Source of the DNA: a virus
Lineage: Duplodnaviria > Caudoviricetes
Reading direction: 5' to 3' (one strand)
Virus record (IMG/VR): IMGVR_UViG_3300049828_000108
Span: 1-43,009 of that record
Length of the DNA: 43,009 bases
A program made the position numbers and the translations under genes. The stretch's first letter is position 1. The number at the start of each line of letters is the position of its first letter. Below are positions 37,607 through 43,009 of the stretch, in pieces. A model generated the notes under the pieces. That model was not told where the DNA came from and made no database searches. It saw only the letters and a program-made list of their open reading frames with translations.

Positions 37607-40252
37607 ATGGCCTCGATTACACAAAAAGCATTTTCTGGTGGCGAGATTGCGCCAGCGTTATATGCGAGAACGGATCTCGCTAAGTATTTTACAGCATTAA
37701 AAACGTGTCGCAATTTTTATGTTATGAGACATGGTGGTGTAACAAACCGACCTGGCACAAAATTTATTGGTGAGGTTAAAGACTCGACCAAAGCTGTAAG
37801 ATTAATTCCTTTTGTTTTTAACAATGCACAAACTTATATACTGGAGTTTGGCGATCAATATATGCGCGTAATTAAAAACGATGCGCAGGTTACATTAACA
37901 GCTCAAAATATTACTGGTATTACAAATGCAAATCCTTGCGTCATTACATACTCTGGATCAGACACCTATACTGCTGGCGAAGAGGTTTACATTTCAGGAA
38001 TAACTGGCGCGATTGGCCAGTATTTAAATAATAGAAATTTTAAAGTCGGCACAGTTAATACTGGGGCCAATACATTTACGTTAAAATATATGGATGGAAC
38101 TGCTGTTGATTCGACAGCGTTTGGCGCTTACACGTCTGGTGGAACCGCCGCAGAGATTTACGAAATTGCAACTCCATACTTAGAGGCAGATTTACCTGCG
38201 TTGAAATATGTTCAGTCGGCTGATGTAATCACAATTGTTCATCCAAGTTATGCGCCAAGAAATTTATCAAGAACAGGCGACACATCATGGACGCTGGCCA
38301 CGATCACATTTGATTCTGAAATTGATTATCCAACAAGTTTATCGGCTTCTGTTGTTGGAGTGGCAGGAACTACGACGTATAACTACACTGTTACGTCGTT
38401 CGATCCACTGACAGGCAGAGAGACGCCGCTGCAGGTTGCGCCTCCGTCTGGAGCATATCTTGCGACAGTTACAACTGGAAACGCAACGCTATCGACAGCA
38501 AATTACAACACTGTTACGTGGTCGATAACTAGCCTTTATGGTTTTGCTGTCGCCGATTTAGAGTTTAATATTTATCGAGAAGTTAACGGCGTTTTTGGAT
38601 ACATAGGAACATCAAGCGGAGTTACAACGTTTTACGACAAGGGTTCTGTAACTCCTGATTTGACTGACACGCCAGCAAGAAAAAATGAGGACTTTAATGC
38701 CACTGGTGATTACCCTAGCTGCATTACTTATTATCAGCAGCGTTTAATTGTAGCTAATACAGACAACGATATTGAAAAGGTTTTTGCAAGTAAGACAGGT
38801 GGGTTTTACGACTTTTCAACATCATCGCCAATTCAAGATGACGATGCAATTATTTTCAGACTGTCTGGAAAAAAAGTAAATGAGGTTCATCATTTGGTGG
38901 ATCTTGGAACGTTGTTAATGTTTACAGAGTCTGGCGAGTTTTATGCCTCTGGCGATGCGGGCGGAACCTTAAAGCCTGGAGACATAAACACTCGTCAGTC
39001 ATCTTACAACGGATCATCGCCGTTGCTTCCACCAATTGTTGTTGGCAATAGTGCTCTTTATGTTCAGGCTAGAGGAAATAATGTTCGTGATATTAATTTT
39101 CAATTTGAATCAGATAATTACAACGGAAACGAATTATCAATTTTTGCATCACACCTGGTTGATAAAAACACTTTAACTGACTGGTGCTATCAGCAAATTC
39201 CGCACTCAGTTGTGTGGATATGTCGAGACGATGGCCAGGTTTTAGGATTAACTTATGTCAAAGAACAAGAAATGCTTGCCTGGCATAAGCATGATTTTGA
39301 AAATGGATTTGTAGAAAACTGCGCAAGTATTCCAGTTAATTCTGAGGACGCCGTTTATTTTGTTGTTAATCGTGAAATCGATGGCCGCGAGGTTCGTTAC
39401 ATTGAAAAGCTTTCAAGCAGAACTCTGAACGATATTCGTGACATTGCAATTTTAGATTCTCATTTAATTTACGACGGCAGAAACACAAGTCTTTCACACA
39501 CGATGACTCTTTCTGGATCTGGATGGACTTATACAGATACGATAACATTAACATCAAGCACATCATTTTTTACAGCTGCTGACGTTGGAAACCAGATTCA
39601 ATTGTATGATACCGATGGATCTGTGATTAGGTTTACTATTGATGCCTACACATCTGGAACTGTTGTAACTGGGCGACCACACAAAACTGTTCCTGCGTCG
39701 ATGCAGGCAACTCCGACTATTGACTGGGTTAGGGCTGTTGATGAAATCACTGGACTGTGGCACCTAGAGGGGCAGTCTGTTTCTGTATATGGCGACGGAT
39801 TAGTTATCGCAAACCCAAACAATGATGCTTATGTTGCTATTACTGTTGTCGATGGAAAGATAACCTTAGATGATCCTTATGGCGTGATTCTTGTGGGAAC
39901 TCCAATTACATCAGACATCGAAACTTTAAACGTTGATTTGCCAAACTCTGGAACGATAATCGATAAAAACAAACTAATTAACAAAGTTACGCTTTTTACA
40001 GAAGAGTCGCGAGGGATTTGGTCTGGATCAGAGCCACCAGCAGAAACAAATTCTGTTGATGGGTTAACTGAACTTAAAATTCGAGAAGAGGAAAATTACG
40101 ACGATCCTGTTGAATCAAAGACCGAGGCTGTTGATATAATTATACAATCAAGCTGGAACAACAACGGTCGAGTGTTTGTTCGTCAAATCGATCCAGTTCC
40201 TTTAACAATTTTATCAATCACGCCAAGTGGTTTTATACCTGGAGGTGGCTAA
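37607..40252 (+). CDS. Tail tubular protein B / nozzle
   Basis: FSGGEIAPALYARTDL, RLIPFVF, YYQQRL and AWHKH; 881 aa. Confidence 0.9.
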   Translation: MASITQKAFSGGEIAPALYARTDLAKYFTALKTCRNFYVMRHGGVTNRPGTKFIGEVKDSTKAVRLIPFVFNNAQTYILEFGDQYMRVIKNDAQVTLTAQNITGITNANPCVITYSGSDTYTAGEEVYISGITGAIGQYLNNRNFKVGTVNTGANTFTLKYMDGTAVDSTAFGAYTSGGTAAEIYEIATPYLEADLPALKYVQSADVITIVHPSYAPRNLSRTGDTSWTLATITFDSEIDYPTSLSASVVGVAGTTTYNYTVTSFDPLTGRETPLQVAPPSGAYLATVTTGNATLSTANYNTVTWSITSLYGFAVADLEFNIYREVNGVFGYIGTSSGVTTFYDKGSVTPDLTDTPARKNEDFNATGDYPSCITYYQQRLIVANTDNDIEKVFASKTGGFYDFSTSSPIQDDDAIIFRLSGKKVNEVHHLVDLGTLLMFTESGEFYASGDAGGTLKPGDINTRQSSYNGSSPLLPPIVVGNSALYVQARGNNVRDINFQFESDNYNGNELSIFASHLVDKNTLTDWCYQQIPHSVVWICRDDGQVLGLTYVKEQEMLAWHKHDFENGFVENCASIPVNSEDAVYFVVNREIDGREVRYIEKLSSRTLNDIRDIAILDSHLIYDGRNTSLSHTMTLSGSGWTYTDTITLTSSTSFFTAADVGNQIQLYDTDGSVIRFTIDAYTSGTVVTGRPHKTVPASMQATPTIDWVRAVDEITGLWHLEGQSVSVYGDGLVIANPNNDAYVAITVVDGKITLDDPYGVILVGTPITSDIETLNVDLPNSGTIIDKNKLINKVTLFTEESRGIWSGSEPPAETNSVDGLTELKIREEENYDDPVESKTEAVDIIIQSSWNNNGRVFVRQIDPVPLTILSITPSGFIPGGG

Positions 40253-40785
40253 TGGGTGCAGCTGGCGGTGGAGCAATGGCTGGTCTTGGTTTATATCAAG
40301 CGTATGGTCAGGCAATGACATTAAATGCTATGGGTGAATACCAAAAATCAATGTCAAAGATTAATGCTAAAAACGCTGAATACAAAGCTCAGGACGCGCT
40401 TGAGCGAGGCGATAATCAGGTAACAGAATACAGAAAAAAAATAAATAAATTAATTGGATCTCAAAGGGTGGCTGCAGCAGGATCTGGCGTTGAGGTTGGA
40501 TACGGATCAAATCAGCAAATTGTTGACGAGACTCGCGAGATTGCGGCGCGAGATGTGGCGACGATTAAAAATAATTCTTTTCTTGAGGCGATGGGTTATC
40601 GAGCAGAGGCGTCTGAGGCGCTGCGAAGAGGACGAATGAATCAGATGGCGTCAAGGAACGAAGCTGTTAACACGCTTATAACTGGTGGGCTAAAGGCCGC
40701 CGAAACATTAAATGATAATTACGGCAGTTCTTTAATGTCCAATAAAATTAAATCGTCATCGAAACCTAAAATTGAGGTGGCATAA
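40252..40785 (+). CDS. Internal virion protein (gp14-like position)
   Basis: Gly/Ala N-terminus and GSQRVAAAGSGVEVGYGS. Confidence 0.75.
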   Translation: MGAAGGGAMAGLGLYQAYGQAMTLNAMGEYQKSMSKINAKNAEYKAQDALERGDNQVTEYRKKINKLIGSQRVAAAGSGVEVGYGSNQQIVDETREIAARDVATIKNNSFLEAMGYRAEASEALRRGRMNQMASRNEAVNTLITGGLKAAETLNDNYGSSLMSNKIKSSSKPKIEVA

Positions 40786-42434
40786 TGCCAAGAGTACCGC
40801 AGCTAGAATCATCTATAATTCAGCAAAACCCATTACCAAACATTAAGGTTGATGAGTCAGTTAATCGCGAGGCGTTTAATGTTGGAGCGTCAAAGCAAAA
40901 GCTTGATAATACACTTTATGATATTGCAGAAAAAGCAAAAAAATCTGCAGATCAAATTTCCGTGCTTGAGGCTGAAAACGAATTAACAAAATTTGAAACT
41001 GACTTTCAATACAATCCTGAAACTGGAATGTATAAAAAAGAGGGTAAGGACGCTTTTGGATTAGTTGAATTATCAAAAGAGCAATACACTAAAAAAGTTG
41101 GCGAGATTTCTGGCAGCCTACTTAAAAACGACGAGCAAAGAAGAATCTTTAATGAAAAGTCGTCGGTTCGTCAGCTGCAGTTTGAAAAAAATGTAATGGG
41201 TCACGTTGGCTCTCAAATCAAAAAATATGATGACGAGACAACAAAAGCTGGGCTTGAGCTTGAGCAGAGCAATGCGGTTAATGGATACCAAGATCCAGAT
41301 CAAGTGGCGCTGTCTTTAGCTAATCAAAAAAGAATTAGTTTAGAATATTCAGATCGTCACGGTGAGCCTCTTGAAATGGCGACTTTGCGAGCAAAAACAT
41401 CTGAATCTAAAACTCACGCAAAAATTATTGAGCGAATAATCACCAATGGTGATGATATTTACGCTGAGGATTATTTTAAAAAAAATGAATCAAACATGAT
41501 GGACGACGAAAAGACTCAGGCTTTAAAGCTTTTGGAAATTAGTTCTACCAAAGGAAAGTCTCAGAGATTTACTGACGACGTAATGGCGCGAGGATTGAGC
41601 CAGAGCGCCGCTTTGAAAGAGGCCTCTGCGATTGAAAACCCTCGGCTCCGCGAGGCGACAGAGGCTCGTATTGACCGAATGTTTAATTTAAAGCGTGAGG
41701 CTGAAAAAGAATATCAAGAAAGCATTTATTCGTCTGCAGTCAAACAGATCAATGAAACTGGATCAATGGATGGGATTAGCGAAAAATTGATTGCCAACAT
41801 GAAACCAGAAACAATTAATGCTGTTAAATCTTATGCAGATAAAAATCCAGTTCGCGATAATGGTGCAATTTATTATAAGCTGCGAACTATGGCTGAAAAC
41901 AAGGCGACACGAGATGCTTTTGTTGGTCACGACTTTTTAAAGGAAAAACCAAATCTTTCAAAAGAACATTTCGAGGAATTAATTAAACTTAGAGACGATC
42001 TTAAATCTGGCAAAAAAGACGCAGAGAAAAAGCTTGATGGTTTTCTTTCTGACACGCAAACAGTTGAGGATCAATTTCGCCAGGCCACTGGCCAAGATGC
42101 AACAGAAAAAAATGAGTCGTATTTAAAATATAGAACTGCAATCGATCAAGAGGCAGAGCGAATTAAGCGCGAACAGGATCGTCCATTTTTATCAAACGAG
42201 GAACTCAGAAACATTTCAAAAAATTATTTGACTGAAATGATTGTTAAAGAGGGAATGATTTGGGATACGAAAAAACGAAAATATGATATTGGCCTTGATG
42301 ATATTCCAGAAAGCGATACGCAGCAAATTAAGTCTGCATTGCGATCGGCTGGAGTTCCAGTTAACGATAAAAACGTTTTAACTTATTTTATCAAGCACAA
42401 AGAAAAGACTGCTAAAAAGAAAGCTGAACAATAA
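40785..42434 (+). CDS. Internal virion protein (gp15-like position)
   Basis: MPRVP start, all-helical 549 aa, synteny. Confidence 0.7.
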   Translation: MPRVPQLESSIIQQNPLPNIKVDESVNREAFNVGASKQKLDNTLYDIAEKAKKSADQISVLEAENELTKFETDFQYNPETGMYKKEGKDAFGLVELSKEQYTKKVGEISGSLLKNDEQRRIFNEKSSVRQLQFEKNVMGHVGSQIKKYDDETTKAGLELEQSNAVNGYQDPDQVALSLANQKRISLEYSDRHGEPLEMATLRAKTSESKTHAKIIERIITNGDDIYAEDYFKKNESNMMDDEKTQALKLLEISSTKGKSQRFTDDVMARGLSQSAALKEASAIENPRLREATEARIDRMFNLKREAEKEYQESIYSSAVKQINETGSMDGISEKLIANMKPETINAVKSYADKNPVRDNGAIYYKLRTMAENKATRDAFVGHDFLKEKPNLSKEHFEELIKLRDDLKSGKKDAEKKLDGFLSDTQTVEDQFRQATGQDATEKNESYLKYRTAIDQEAERIKREQDRPFLSNEELRNISKNYLTEMIVKEGMIWDTKKRKYDIGLDDIPESDTQQIKSALRSAGVPVNDKNVLTYFIKHKEKTAKKKAEQ

Positions 42435-43009
42435 TGGAAATTGATCAAGAGATAATTAATGAAATGAGCGCAGGAACAAATCAGTCAGTACAACAGGCAA
42501 CGTTTGTTGCGGCTGAAAAGAATCCAGATCAACACGCAAAAGTTTTATCTCTTGCCGAAAAGTTTGGCGCTAAGTCTGATTTTGTGGAACAAAATTACGA
42601 TGTTATATCAAAGCAAAACGAGCGCAATGAAATAAGTCAAAAGGTTGATGTTGCCTCGCCAGTGCTAAAGCAGTTTATTTCAAATCCAGATTATGCGGCG
42701 GTTTCAAAAGATGACCTTGATGTTTTAAAAAACATTGAGGATAAGCACGATCAATATAGTTTTGCAAACCAGGCGATGGCCTCTGTTGGCGTTGGTGCTG
42801 CATCAATTATGAGTGGAATTACAAAGCTACCAGCACTAGGCGCAAACATTGCCATTAAAAATGTTAACGATTGGCGTGAGTTGTTTGGCCAGCAAAGATT
42901 AGATTATGAAACATACCAAAACGAATATTCAAATTTTTGGGATGAGGCCATGCGTAATTATGCAAGCAAGGCGCCGACCGCATCTGAGTCTTTTTTAAAA
43001 GAAGCATTT
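42434..43009 (+). CDS. N-terminus of the giant internal virion protein (continues at the window start)
   Basis: TAATG-coupled ATG 42434, open to the end (MEIDQEIINEMSAGTNQSVQQATFVAAEKNPDQHAKVLSLAEKFG...). Joins 415-8283 to give ~2814 aa. Confidence 0.88.
   Translation, partial: MEIDQEIINEMSAGTNQSVQQATFVAAEKNPDQHAKVLSLAEKFGAKSDFVEQNYDVISKQNERNEISQKVDVASPVLKQFISNPDYAAVSKDDLDVLKNIEDKHDQYSFANQAMASVGVGAASIMSGITKLPALGANIAIKNVNDWRELFGQQRLDYETYQNEYSNFWDEAMRNYASKAPTASESFLKEAF
42596..43009 (+). repeat. Terminal overlap, copy 2
   Basis: Offset of 42595 bp from copy 1. Confidence 0.95.

Noticed and set aside
465-41303. Most minus-strand and nested ORFs of the track (e.g. 465-749, 8965-9255, 25967-26482, 33029-33241)
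   Set aside because: They are antisense or out-of-frame shadows of well-supported genes, with no RBS or motif support.
1-43009. Stop-codon reassignment or tRNA genes
   Set aside because: Genes are intact and densely packed under code 11 with TAA, TGA and TAG all used as stops. No cloverleaf was recognised by eye.

Overview
The window is essentially the whole genome (~42.6 kb, circularly permuted) of a tailed dsDNA phage with podovirus architecture. It has a BPP-1/epsilon15-like head module (TerS, TerL, portal, Bbp19-like protein, scaffold, major capsid protein, cement proteins), T7-like tail tubular A/B, three internal-virion proteins and one tail fibre. The last internal-virion protein is a ~2814-aa polyvalent protein split across the window ends. 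The genome also carries a lysozyme/holin/spanin-like lysis cassette, YqaJ/RecT recombination genes, an SF2 helicase, a VRR-NUC nuclease, a TOPRIM-VirE primase-helicase followed by an iteron-like repeat array, and two HNH endonucleases. Only two genes lie on the minus strand. I saw no integrase, DNA/RNA polymerase, reverse transcriptase, tRNA or CRISPR array. Lipoproteins and spanin-like genes suggest a diderm host. The most unusual elements are a 7-gene structural cassette between portal and scaffold, the multi-domain giant injected protein, an independently expressed 19-aa Lys-rich micropeptide, a SEC-C zinc-motif gene between TerS and TerL, structured intergenic RNA candidates, and a leaderless promoter with an RHH switch. 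Family assignments come from motif recognition by eye, not from database searches.
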